DNA of 63,240 bases, counting the filler, from Bigelowiella natans CCMP2755 (taxonomy: Eukaryota > Protista > Cercozoa): the NCBI GenBank assembly GCA_000320545.1. It is 12 parts of 12 records of this genome, joined end to end, with 100 filler letters (N's around TTAATTAATTAA, not from the genome) between each part and the next. Parts side by side here need not be neighbours in the genome. Positions count along the whole stretch, not along the records: positions 52,442 to 56,469 come from ADNK01002222.1; positions 56,570 to 59,460 come from ADNK01002715.1; positions 59,561 to 61,492 come from ADNK01002009.1; positions 61,593 to 63,240 come from ADNK01001703.1; 8 more parts are not named here. One strand, given 5' to 3'. Of this stretch, positions 52,572 through 63,240 are shown in pieces. The notes beneath the pieces are model-generated. The model was given only the letters and a program-made list of their open reading frames with translations, searched no databases and had not been told where the DNA came from. Position 1 is the first letter of the stretch. Every line of letters begins with the position of its first letter. Both the position numbers and the translations under genes were made by a program.

Positions 52572-53645
52572 GTGCAAATTGATGTTTATAAGTACGATGG
52601 CTATCACTACCTTACCTTCGTTGATGTGGCCACTGGAAAGTGCTGGGTTAAAAAGATTATCAAGGTCAACGTTGCTAAGAAGAACAAAGGCTTATATAAG
52701 CAGAGGCTTACTAACTGCTACCGTACCTGGGAGTCTGAGCTCCAGGCTATCCCTGATGAAGTTAGCATAAACAAGATACCAAAGAAGTTACATGTGGATA
52801 ATGAGACCTCTCTTCTACAGCTACCACACCCTAATATTGATGCCTCACCTGTATACTATGCCCAGTCCAACTCCAAGGTAGAGCGACTCCACCGCACCTT
52901 GGCCAACCTAAGCAGGATAAATAGCACCACACCAGACAAGATACAAGGGTTAGTAAACGACACCTTCACGTCTGGGGGAGGTATCAAGGATAAGGAGAGG
53001 GAAGAAGGCGACGACAACGACGACGATACCGAGAGCGAAGACGAGAAGGTCCCGTACGATGGCCGAGTTCTAAAGGAAGGACAGTATGTTAGGGCCAAGG
53101 TAAATCTGAGATCGAGAAATAAACAAGACCCCTTCTGGGGTGGCGTTGCAAAGGTTACCGAGAGGAAGGGGAGGAAGCAGTACTACATCTATGATGGGAA
53201 CAGGGTCACCTTGCGCCACATCAGTCACCTAAAGAATTATGATATCGGTGAGAAGCTCCTAGAGGATGTTAAAGTAAACCCTACTGTGTGGGAGCGAGCA
53301 ATGCCTTGTTTAGGACCCCGACCTAAGTTCGATGTGGAATATGGAAACAATAAGGTCAGGGTGAACGACGATTGGCGCATGAAGATTGTCTATCTAGGCT
53401 ACCCTGGATTACGAAATATGGAGAGGGTAGCTATGAAAATAAAGGACGGAAAATATCAGCTACTCTACCTAGCTGTTCCCGACTTACCCTTTGAGCACTG
53501 GTATAAGGTCCTGGGGGACCTTGATGCAGAGGGCTGGTATGGACACGAACCTAAGGACGAAGGTGAGTTCTGGGTAAGCGACAAAGGAGATAAGGTTAGA
53601 GAGGAATCTATTACCTGGTGGTTGGTGAAGTTCCGAAAGCGATGA
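52572..53645 (+). CDS. Retroelement integrase (DDE core + GPY/F-like module) fused to a degenerate Dam-like methyltransferase domain; C-terminal part of a polyprotein
   Basis: QID..LTFVDVATG, LHVDNE, YYAQSNSKVERLHRTL; LKEGQYV..KQDPFWGG..RHISHLKNY; C-terminal DDW..IVYLGYP..VAMKI..LYLAVPDLPFEHWY. Confidence 0.85.
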   Translation: MQIDVYKYDGYHYLTFVDVATGKCWVKKIIKVNVAKKNKGLYKQRLTNCYRTWESELQAIPDEVSINKIPKKLHVDNETSLLQLPHPNIDASPVYYAQSNSKVERLHRTLANLSRINSTTPDKIQGLVNDTFTSGGGIKDKEREEGDDNDDDTESEDEKVPYDGRVLKEGQYVRAKVNLRSRNKQDPFWGGVAKVTERKGRKQYYIYDGNRVTLRHISHLKNYDIGEKLLEDVKVNPTVWERAMPCLGPRPKFDVEYGNNKVRVNDDWRMKIVYLGYPGLRNMERVAMKIKDGKYQLLYLAVPDLPFEHWYKVLGDLDAEGWYGHEPKDEGEFWVSDKGDKVREESITWWLVKFRKR

Positions 53646-53696
53646 AGGTCTAAGGGAATAAGGAAGGAAGGAAGGAGCAACGTGACTTGGGGGAGG

Positions 53697-54077
53697 TGTA
53701 GCGCGTACCACTACGCGGGCACAAGTCACGTGCGACAACAAAGGGGTTGTCGCGGATATAGAATATAGATAACGTAGATATTAATACAGCATAGGCACGT
53801 GGGTTCCGGCGGGACTCATGGCAGCACACCGGAAGTGTGCTGCCCCACGTGCGGCGGCATTCGCGAAAGCTTCGCGAATGATTACGCAGTGCACGATTTA
53901 ATAAAAATATAATCTTTAATAAAAATAAACACAACTCTTCAAAAGGAAGCAAACGTGCCTTTCCCCCCCCCTGCCTACTTGTGCACGTAGCGCCTCGGCC
54001 TGTGAACACCTTACGCGCAACACCCACAAATTGTTCCGTGGCTGTAGTTATACTTGACGCCCTTCGTCAGGCCTACA
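53697..54077 (+). repeat. Putative 3' LTR (381 bp)
   Basis: Starts TGTAG right after the PPT and ends CTACA (5-bp terminal inverted repeat); AATAAA signals at ~53900-53930. The second LTR is not in the window. Confidence 0.7.
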
Positions 54078-54850
54078 ATGGTAATCTTTTCTCCCTCCGT
54101 AAAGGGCATGTAGGCTTATATTTGTTATAATATATGTATAACGCGAGTGTTCCTCAAATCTTTCACTAGAGAGGAAGGCTCGAAGGCCGGAGAGGGGTGG
54201 GGCGCCTTTCGTGTCTTTCCGGAAGGCTTCGTGATTGGTTAAGTTCTAAAGTTCTAAACAGTTCATCTAATATGAAAAATACATCCCTTTTATGTATAAA
54301 GACAACCAATGCGTGAGATATTCTGAGAGAACTACGCGCAACTGCCGGCATTCACACCAGAACAATTTTAAAATTCCTTTTTACATACTGCGACAACCAT
54401 TAATTTGTGTTTTCTCAAAAGAGAAGCTCTCCTGTTTCTCGGATTTATTGGTAATACATCTCCGAAAACATTTCAGAAGGATGACATTTGGCTGCGTATT
54501 AGCTGTTAATATCGAGATTTCTTCGAGATATTGAGAGATTACCCGAGATTCCTTTGAAAACCGAAACCTGAAACGTAAGCCCCCACTCACCTCATCGAGG
54601 GTTCGTTTTGTGTGGTTTGAATATGGGAAAGGGTTCGCCCCTTAGGGAAATGGATAGGGGGGATCTTATCACAATGCCTTTGTTTTTTCCCTTTCCGTGA
54701 ATTTCCCCGAGAGGGGAATGATGCAGCGTATAACTCGGTTCAATCTAAAATCAGTAGGCTCTAGCCCTTTTCCTATCGAGCCAGACTCGAAACCCAGACG
54801 CGTTCGTATATTGTGGAGAGTGTTACTTCTATCACACACTAGTCCTCAAG

Positions 54851-55922
54851 ATGGGAAGGGGAGGTGCCAACATGGGCAAGCTGCTCAAAGGTATCCGCTC
54901 AGTCTTGTAGTGGACACGCTTGAATAAGCAACAGAACTCCCCGAATATCACATTAATATTTCCACCCAATCCCCTTCTCCACCTCCTCCTCCTTCTTCTG
55001 CCTCTGATTTTTACTAGGCAAATCTAGGGAAACTGAATCGAAGAAGAAAACCGCCAACGACAAGAAACCCGCAGCTGGGAGCTACAACGAAGAAATGAAA
55101 CGGTGACACGCCGGATGAGAAACAACGATAAAACATCACAACAAGGATACAAAAAAGATGTCGTTGGTGTGGTAGATGGGGGTAGTGTCAAAATGGGAGG
55201 GGGGGTTTTGCGCGGAATTTCTTAAAATGACGCACAAACCATCACATCACGATTACGAATGCTATATGGTGTCAATCAATTTCTCAACCTACTACTTGTA
55301 ACAGATGGGCTACACAAGCGGCTCGATTGAAGCAACTTATCGCTCAAGAAACAGAAAATGCACGAGTGAATCAAAGGTACGTCCTAGTTATTCCTTCCGG
55401 TCCTCTACAAGCAAGTAGCGCGAATAATCTGTATGATAAAACTCTACTATATTGTTTTAATAAATTTATTCAAGATATATGTATCCAGAGAGAGAGGGGG
55501 AGAAAGAGAGAAAAAGAGAGAGAGAGAGAGAGAGGAAGGGAGATTACGGTTAGATTGGCCGTGTGCCTGGACGCCTTAGCGAGGAGTATGGACGCCTCTA
55601 CTTACCTTTATTTTTTCACTTCTCTTGTCTAGACTGGTGACGACGATTCTAAGGAATCAGCTGAGAAAGCAGAAGATGGATGGTGCAGACTAATCATAAA
55701 TGCCCTCGTCAAAATGTCGCATTTATTCTTTTGTTCACTGAGCATTGATGTCCTCTTATATCTGAAATCTGCATGAGCAACGCCGTCTAATGCTGTCTCT
55801 GTGTATCTTAACCCCCTCTTTCATTCTTTTGCAGAACTCAACGACAATATCGCCATCCTAGCACAAGAGCATCAACGTGAGATGGATCGGAAGGACTCAG
55901 TACTACAGACACTTCAAAACAG
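54851..55922 (+). CDS. CCDC65: Dynein regulatory complex subunit 2 (CCDC65-like), 3' partial
   Basis: LKQLIAQETENARVN..LRKQKMD|ELNDNIAILAQEHQREMDRKDSVLQTL matches the DRC2 pattern L.KDIEILSQ.HEREVDRKD..I..L. Confidence 0.75.
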
Positions 55923-56022
55923 GTCAATGGTCCCATCATATCTGCTGGTTCAATGTGTGCATAGTGGGGGTGTATATTTTTATTACAACGGACTCCCATC
56001 CCGCATAGTCTATATGGCATTT

Positions 56023-56065
<43 letters not shown>

Positions 56066-56569
56066 CCGGGAGAGAGAGAGAGAGAGGGGGGAGCACAGTG
56101 TGGCGAATAACATACCAGAATGTGTGGGGGTTGCAAAACACAGAGAGAACATATATATGGGGAGGTAAATATATATATATGAATACGGAGATGATATGCA
56201 CACAGAGAGTGGAAATGACCATATGGGGAAGAATAGCGACTTTATTACATCCGTCACATCTCATAGCTGAGAGGAAGCCACTCTTAGTCAGCATAGGCAT
56301 TACTCGCAACGCCATATATATATATGCATCATTAATGCGCTGCTTCTCATTTTGTCGCTTTGCTTGATTTCATTGAGTTCTGTCACATATTCTATATTCA
56401 GTTCATCCGTCGACGGGAGCTAGCTGTTATTCGACAGTCGCCCTTGCTTGAGTGCCGATCCACCTTCTTNNNNNNNNNNNNNNNNNNNNNNNNNNNNNNN
56501 NNNNNNNNNNNNNTTAATTAATTAANNNNNNNNNNNNNNNNNNNNNNNNNNNNNNNNNNNNNNNNNNNN

Positions 56570-56625
<56 letters not shown>

Positions 56626-58149
56626 ACGTGAACGCTCTTTAGTTCAGGTCATTCGTTCTTAAAATCAAAAGTCGGAAGTAACATCCCGTCGTCGCTTGTG
56701 AGCTACAACATGTTCGAGGTGAAAGCATCGTCAGTTGTCACACAAAGCCTTATTCCTTGTGGCGCTACGGGATGAAATTTGGCGTGTGTTTGCCAAATAT
56801 AAGAAGGGTCGATCAGAGGAGTGGAAGAAGAAGAAGAAGAAGAAGAAGAAGAAGAAGAAGAAGAAGAAAAGGCTGTACGTGAATGTATTTCTCCTGTGTC
56901 TGCGTCTCCCACAGAGCCACTTTCTTCCGCTAAATGCACGACAAACACGAACAACTTTCAACGAATCTTACAACACATAATATTTTTTTTAAAAAAGGGG
57001 AAGGGGAGGGTGGGGGGAGGGTCGTGGAAAGAAGATCGATTTGAAGGCATTGTGTATTAATGTTATATCCTGGTCGCGTTAATAGCGATCCCGAATAGTG
57101 TCACTGTGGGCTGTAATGCATGACAAAACACCGTGCCAGAGAACGCAACAAGCAGCACGTTTGATGATGCTGACCTGATCCTTATTTTTCTTCCCCGAAA
57201 CAGCTTGGGCGAGCAGTCTCTCGTCACTCTGACGATATATATTCCTTGGCTAAGAACACTGACAGAGAAGGCAGATCAACTAGCTCACAGTTGCGTTACG
57301 TATGTATACCCTGAATCGTTGCGCATTCGGTAGGTGTGCGATCACCACTGCAAGGAGGAAAGCGAAGGAGCATCGAGCAAGGGGACTAAGGGTTGGGATG
57401 ATGACGGGTCATCGCTTTATCACATGGAGAGACATTACAGATAGCGCACACCTAATCCGTCTTCTCTCGGCGAATCCCCGTTCCATAAATGCAAACGCCT
57501 GTTTACGGGACAATCTTGAAAGTGCTAGCGACGAGGGGCTTCATAGATCTGTGTACACGCGCTGGCGGGGGCGTCCCGTTGGCTGGGTTTGCAAAACCAT
57601 ATCAACTCTTGCGACATGAAAAATATTATATTTTTACAAGAAATTCCCTTCATTTTCTTACGTACATGAAGTAACTCCCGAGCTTGTCAAACCCATCAGA
57701 GAGGCCACATTCTGAACGACAGTTCATTTGTGTAGTCGTTCGATCCAAAAATATCAAATTGCTCCGTAGCGCCAAAGTCATGATGGCGTAGGTGATTTTA
57801 TGATATTATGGGTATTAAATGCTTGTCGTTAGTAAGTAAATGTGGAATGCACGGGGTTTTCCCTGGCGACACATAAACGTCAGATTATCCAACTTTATGA
57901 ATAGGAGAAGTGATTCGCGTTTATTTAATGTGGAATTGTACAAATATAGTTTGTAAATATAATAAATGGAATGTAATTTGTAGTATTTTTTTTTTCGAGA
58001 AGAATCGGATACTGGTCGCTAAATCTGAAAATTAGTAAAGGCACCTCGAAAGGCAATCCCCCCCTCCGTCTCGTTCCAAAGACCTCTAATTGCTGCTCGC
58101 AAAATCGATGTCCCGTGAGAATTAGAAGGCGGAGTAGGTATAACTCACG

Positions 58150-59222
58150 ATGATTAGACGCGCACGGCAATTTGCCACAAGGCGGTTGCAGATGCTGCGG
58201 TCCTCTGCATCGAACCCTCTCCATCGAAAGTTATTCCCGGAGAAGCTACGCCGTTTCTCCACTTCTATCCACGCAAGGGCCTTCGCGTCGATATTTGGTG
58301 TCGGAGTTACTTTTGTCGGTGCGTATGCAGCATATCAAGTCGAGAAAGACCCTGAAAATGAACAGCAGGTGAACCGATCGTGTCCATTCCACCATCTTTC
58401 TGCAATCTATCTCCCCTCCCCCGTGCGCGTCATGCCAGCCGCAAAAAAAAGTAGCGTCTTCCACTAATGCACAAATCAAATTGTCTGCATTTGTATTCAC
58501 TGGATTGGTTGGCTTCTCTCTCTTGGTTCGTTCGCCGCCCCCACAGGTGATTGTGTCCATCACCGAAGACTCGCGTGCAATAACCCGCCCTCCAGAGGCC
58601 CGCCATCCCTATGAGAAAGAATCTCTCGTCTGGAAGACGCTGTTCAAGGTGTTTGTTGTGCCTCTCAAGTTTGTATTTTCTTTGCCGTGGAGTACGTCAA
58701 TGTTTGCTGTTTACTTTGGGGTTCTAGATAGTCGGCCCCCCTCCCTCATTGTTCCTACCCTGTACTACACCCTCCTCTCGTCTCTCTCTCTCTGCCTCCT
58801 GCTATAATAATCACAGATTCATCGGATCTTGTACTTCTGCGTTTTGTTCGCGCCTTGTGTCTTTGGAGGAATCCTCTGCAAGCTCACTGAAGATCCGGTT
58901 AGCAGCCGCAAACCATCATCAATTGAAATATAAAGCGAGAGGGAGGGGGGGGGCGAGGAAGTGCTGTTCCTGGTTGTTTCTGTTTGAAAACCTGCATCTG
59001 ATGTTTTTGACAATCACCCTCATTCCAATACAGTCATTGCGTGAAGCTTGGATCCGATTACTAGTCAAGACAATCGAGATGGTAGTAGTAGTAGTACAAA
59101 GAACAATGATGCGTTCTGTTTCGAGCGCGACTTATCAAACGTTGATTGTTATCGTTGTCCATCGGTGGTAGGGGGGCAGCAGCTGCATGAAGTTTGGACA
59201 GTGGATCTCAATGCGACCAGAT
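58150..59222 (+). CDS. ABC1/AarF (ADCK2-like) atypical kinase, N-terminal part, with mitochondrial-type presequence
   Basis: Arg/Ser-rich acid-free N-terminus; WIRLLVKTIEM|GGSSCMKFGQWISMRPD equals the ABC1 motif GP.FIKLGQW.STR.D. Confidence 0.8.
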
Positions 59223-59331
59223 GTTATTGCAGGTTAGCTCGAGAGGGCGGAGAAGAGGGGAGAGGGGGCGGGGGGGGACGACGAAATGTCCACTGAGTCA
59301 AGAATATATAAATAAATATATGCATACATAT

Positions 59332-59397
<66 letters not shown>

Positions 59398-59561
59398 ATA
59401 GTGTGTGTGTGTGTGTGTGTGTATATGTTTGGTTTTTTTTTTTTATATTTTCTTGACTCANNNNNNNNNNNNNNNNNNNNNNNNNNNNNNNNNNNNNNNN
59501 NNNNTTAATTAATTAANNNNNNNNNNNNNNNNNNNNNNNNNNNNNNNNNNNNNNNNNNNNC

Positions 59562-59602
<41 letters not shown>

Positions 59603-60151
59603 ACCTATCACCATAGAGACACGCACGCAAAGACGACATGTACACGCTCGAGAACAATACACATAAAATAAACATTAATCATAAAACTAAAAAAGAAAAA
59701 ACCTACCCAAAATCACGGAATTGCCGTGCTTTGGCCCTTTTTCTCAGCAGCTGGTAGATGACACTAGTTGCCAGCGTCTTTTTCGAATCCCCCTCCTTCT
59801 TCGCGCAATTCCCTTGAGAATGAACGACATCAAAGATCAGGAGCACCCATCCCGCTTTTGGTTGTGTATGCGCGTGCGTGTGTGCGGGTGGCGCTGTTAT
59901 ATTGTGCACACGCACGCGCCGTTTTGCCTTGTATTCGTATGCTACGCAACGCGTGAGGCAATGGCGGAGAGAACGATGGACAAACGGGGCGACGTACGCA
60001 AGTGGACGCTGCTGCACGGAGAGGAGGGAGGGAAGCTTTGCGAAAGATGGAAAAAAATGTGTTTGCGATAAAATGAGTGCGGACCGCTTCGCCCGTCGCA
60101 TGTCGCCCATTTTCCTTGAAGATCGTTCACGGCCACCTGCCCCCAAAATAC

Positions 60152-60221
<70 letters not shown>

Positions 60222-60436
60222 CACGCACGTACGCGTATACGCGCACACGGCACAGCAATCCTATCACACATTTGCAAGGAAGAAGATAGCGAGAAGCTTA
60301 TGCATGCCGCCGTTGAAGCAAGTGTTTGTGAGTGTTAGTGCTGCTCCTACTGCTGATGATGTTTGTGCTATTCAAACCCCAGCAGCCTGCAGGTCCTCTA
60401 GAATGGCGTCGGCAGTATCCCAGTCGCGCTCGATTC

Positions 60437-60533
<97 letters not shown>

Positions 60534-60552
60534 AATATGTAATGGTTTGTTC

Positions 60553-60590
<38 letters not shown>

Positions 60591-61423
60591 ACCAATCCTA
60601 TTTCTGTGTCCGTGTGTGTTTCAAAAAGATATTGGAGGATGTATGTCTTTATGTATGTATAGAGATACATGCCGCGAGAGCGAGCGCGCGCGCGTGTGCG
60701 TGTGTGTGTATCTCTCTCTCTCTCTCTCTTTTTCTTTCTTCTTTTGCGCGTGTGAGAGAGAGACGAACGTGCTTCGTGGCGCTCCTCCAAAAGGCCTTTG
60801 CGTCGAGAAAACATGCGTATCGACAAAATGAACACGCTCAAAACAGAAAGCATAACAACGGGAACCATAAGCAACAGCAGCATGTTCAACCAAAGGCCTT
60901 CAAGAAACGTTCATCGTATGCTCTGGCAATTATTCTGGAAACGACGTACGCACGATGCATACATATATAAATATATACTTCACAACGATCGATCGCGACG
61001 ATGTAGCGGGGGGGGATTATGAAGAACTCAAGGCCTTGAGTAGTGTTTCATATTGGCTTCCCCCCCCCCCTCTCGGCACGGCCACATCAGCAGCGATTAT
61101 AGAATAAAAAGGCCATCTTCTAATGAGAAAGAATTCTGTCTTTGTTGTGTTTCGTGTGTTGTTGTTGTTGTTGTTGTTGTTGCTATTGTTTGTTGTTATC
61201 ATTGTTTGTTGTTATGGAAGTTATCCTCCTGTATAAAGGCATTCACGTACCATCGATAATCGGGTCTGATAGTGCGCATTTCCCCCCCCTCTGCAGGACT
61301 CGCACGGCAGAGCTGCCCCACCCCTCTTCTTGCGGTGCGCCTCGAGGGCGCGAGTTTGCTCCTCTTAAAGCGTCGGGACGGGAAGAATACCCACGTCCTG
61401 AACATCGATATGATCCATCAGCG

Positions 61424-61463
<40 letters not shown>

Positions 61464-61648
61464 AACAAGACTGAAGGAGGGGAGAGAGTGAANNNNNNNN
61501 NNNNNNNNNNNNNNNNNNNNNNNNNNNNNNNNNNNNTTAATTAATTAANNNNNNNNNNNNNNNNNNNNNNNNNNNNNNNNNNNNNNNNNNNNACTCACAC
61601 AAACACTGTCGTAGTTACGTACTAATTAAGTAATTAGATTAATGACTT

Positions 61649-61688
<40 letters not shown>

Positions 61689-61784
61689 CCCCACCCTTCT
61701 CTCGATGAAGCCACCGTATTCAGCAAGCGTATACACCTTCTGTACGCTCTACTATGATCATGATGTATGTATTTATTACCACAG

Positions 61785-62029
61785 AATATCCTAATTCTCC
61801 TGCCCAGTGCTTCACCTCCTTTGTGCCGAGAAGGGGGCCGGTAGTATCATTTCTTCCTTTTCCCTCCTCCTACCCCCTCTCCTCCTCTTCTTCCTCTCTT
61901 CAATTCTCTTCTCAAAGAGGAAAAGTTATAGACTTGCATTACCACTATTTTGCAGGGGCTGCAGGAGCTCTTGAAGCCCCCTGTTGGAAGTGAGGGAAAA
62001 TGGACTACCGATTTTGCAGAGGAGGTCAG

Positions 62030-62062
<33 letters not shown>

Positions 62063-62112
62063 GTTTGTATTGTTCCTGATAGTAGCAGAGACATGGTTAT
62101 AATGACGATGAC

Positions 62113-62147
<35 letters not shown>

Positions 62148-62695
62148 GAAAAGAGTGCATAATGTCTTCGTCGACGCGTTACCAAGCTGACAGCAGCAGC
62201 AAGAACAACAACAAAAAAGAAGAAAAAGTTAGAATGAATGGAATTGGCAGACGCCGCGATATACATATACTTGATGTTACTTATCCTCCCTTCTCCAGGC
62301 TATAATAAGTGTTTGGTAGCCTCGGCTTCAAAATTTATATTTTCTCCCCCCCTCCTCCTTTCCCCTCACCTTCCTCCTCCTCCTCCTCCTCCTCCTCCTG
62401 TTCTCTCACTCCTTAGAGGCAAGTGACAAAGTACTACCACAACCACAAAGATGGTGACTTCAAGGATAGAAAAGGTATTGCTACTATGCTCATATAGAGA
62501 TGCTAAATGGCTGCTGCTGATGATGATGATGACCTCTCCTGACCTCTCCTCCTCCTCCTCCCTCCTTTGATTTTGCTCTTACGCTTTGATGGTGTGATGG
62601 TGACGATGACTTGTACGACGACGATTTAGGAGATATAAGTGGCATTCGTGAGCAAGGTTACGTTAAATTTGACTTGCCTCAAAGGAACGCGGTGG
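61785..62695 (+). CDS. Exon fragments of an uncharacterised protein
   Basis: GT-AG-bounded non-repetitive exons (YPNSPAQCFTSFVPRRGP; GLQELLKPPVGSEGKWTTDFAEE; GDFKDRK; GYVKFDLP); no family recognised. Confidence 0.35.
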
Positions 62696-62709
62696 GTATA
62701 ACATATTAT

Positions 62710-62746
<37 letters not shown>

Positions 62747-62756
62747 CTTTGTTTTA

Positions 62757-62801
<45 letters not shown>

Positions 62802-62988
62802 CTTCCAATATAACCAGGACGCACTCGTTTTTCTTGTGAGGGAGTATAGTCTCCCGGCTCACTCTGCTTATTATTGTGTTATAACATAAGAAAATGAATA
62901 TTGGGTGGGTGGGTATGTGTGTGAGCCATATACCTGGACTTTTGTCGCGGCTACGATTGTATTTTGGCAATTTGCTTGTGCAGATGTG

Positions 62989-63025
<37 letters not shown>

Positions 63026-63240
63026 ATATATAATATACATTTATTGATATATCCATCCACCTCCATCAGGACGTCGTACATCTCATCATATGCCAGGGGT
63101 AGTAAGTGATTGTGATGATAAAGATGATGATGATGATGATGATGATGATGATAATGCTGGTAGTAACGCTATGAAATGCTTTATCGTTTATGCGAACGTT
63201 TTCCATATTCTCTCTCTTTCTCTCTCTCCCCCCCACCCCC

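Larger units (their letters stand above)
52442..54077 (+). mobile_element. 3' part of an LTR retrotransposon (Gypsy-like domain order: integrase last, then PPT and LTR)
   Basis: Intronless integrase ORF, polypurine tract GGGGGAGG at 53689-53696, then TGTAG...CTACA-bounded LTR. Confidence 0.85.

Noticed and set aside
53795-53880. Hammerhead or HDV-like ribozyme in the LTR
   Set aside because: No CUGANGA/GAAA core in the right arrangement on either strand, and no convincing HDV topology by eye.
54078-54095. Primer-binding site after the LTR (ATGGTAATC)
   Set aside because: Only TGGTA resembles a tRNA 3' complement and no gag-like ORF follows; likely flanking host DNA.
59561-61492. Long ORFs rich in VC, HT, YI and ER dipeptides here and throughout the track
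   Set aside because: Translations of stop-free dinucleotide microsatellites; real exons may be present but no product could be assigned.

Overview
Eukaryotic nuclear DNA from an intron-dense, microsatellite-saturated genome. It is 12 contigs joined by an artificial 100-bp spacer (44N-TTAATTAATTAA-44N). Genes cut at spacers do not resume in the next contig, so linkage across spacers cannot be assumed. Nearly all ORFs in the supplied track are microsatellite noise; real genes were rebuilt by hand by chaining GT-AG exons. Complete or near-complete genes: deoxyhypusine synthase (25 exons), ZGPAT, a monofunctional AICAR transformylase, a Mog1/RANGRF homolog and a TMX-like ER thioredoxin. Partial genes: NOB1, TrmH/SpoU methyltransferase, plastid-type protoporphyrinogen oxidase, DRC2/CCDC65, an ABC1/ADCK kinase, a NACHT-like NTPase, a COR-like+CHAT protein, a TSP1-repeat protein and an SH3b protein. 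The 3' end of an LTR retrotransposon is also present. Signal+transit leaders, a flagellar gene and conventional introns suggest a flagellated alga with a complex plastid, most plausibly a chlorarachniophyte (inference). Highlights: a ~80-aa PDZ-like module inserted into deoxyhypusine synthase; a Ran-release factor (Mog1) with a bipartite leader, a candidate regulator of nucleomorph transport; an LTR element whose integrase ends in a degenerate Dam-like adenine methyltransferase domain, with an internal copy of its PPT and a structured LTR; NOB1 with a ZZ-type zinc finger inside its PIN domain; and a COR-like+CHAT protein. All family assignments come from motif recognition by eye, not database searches.
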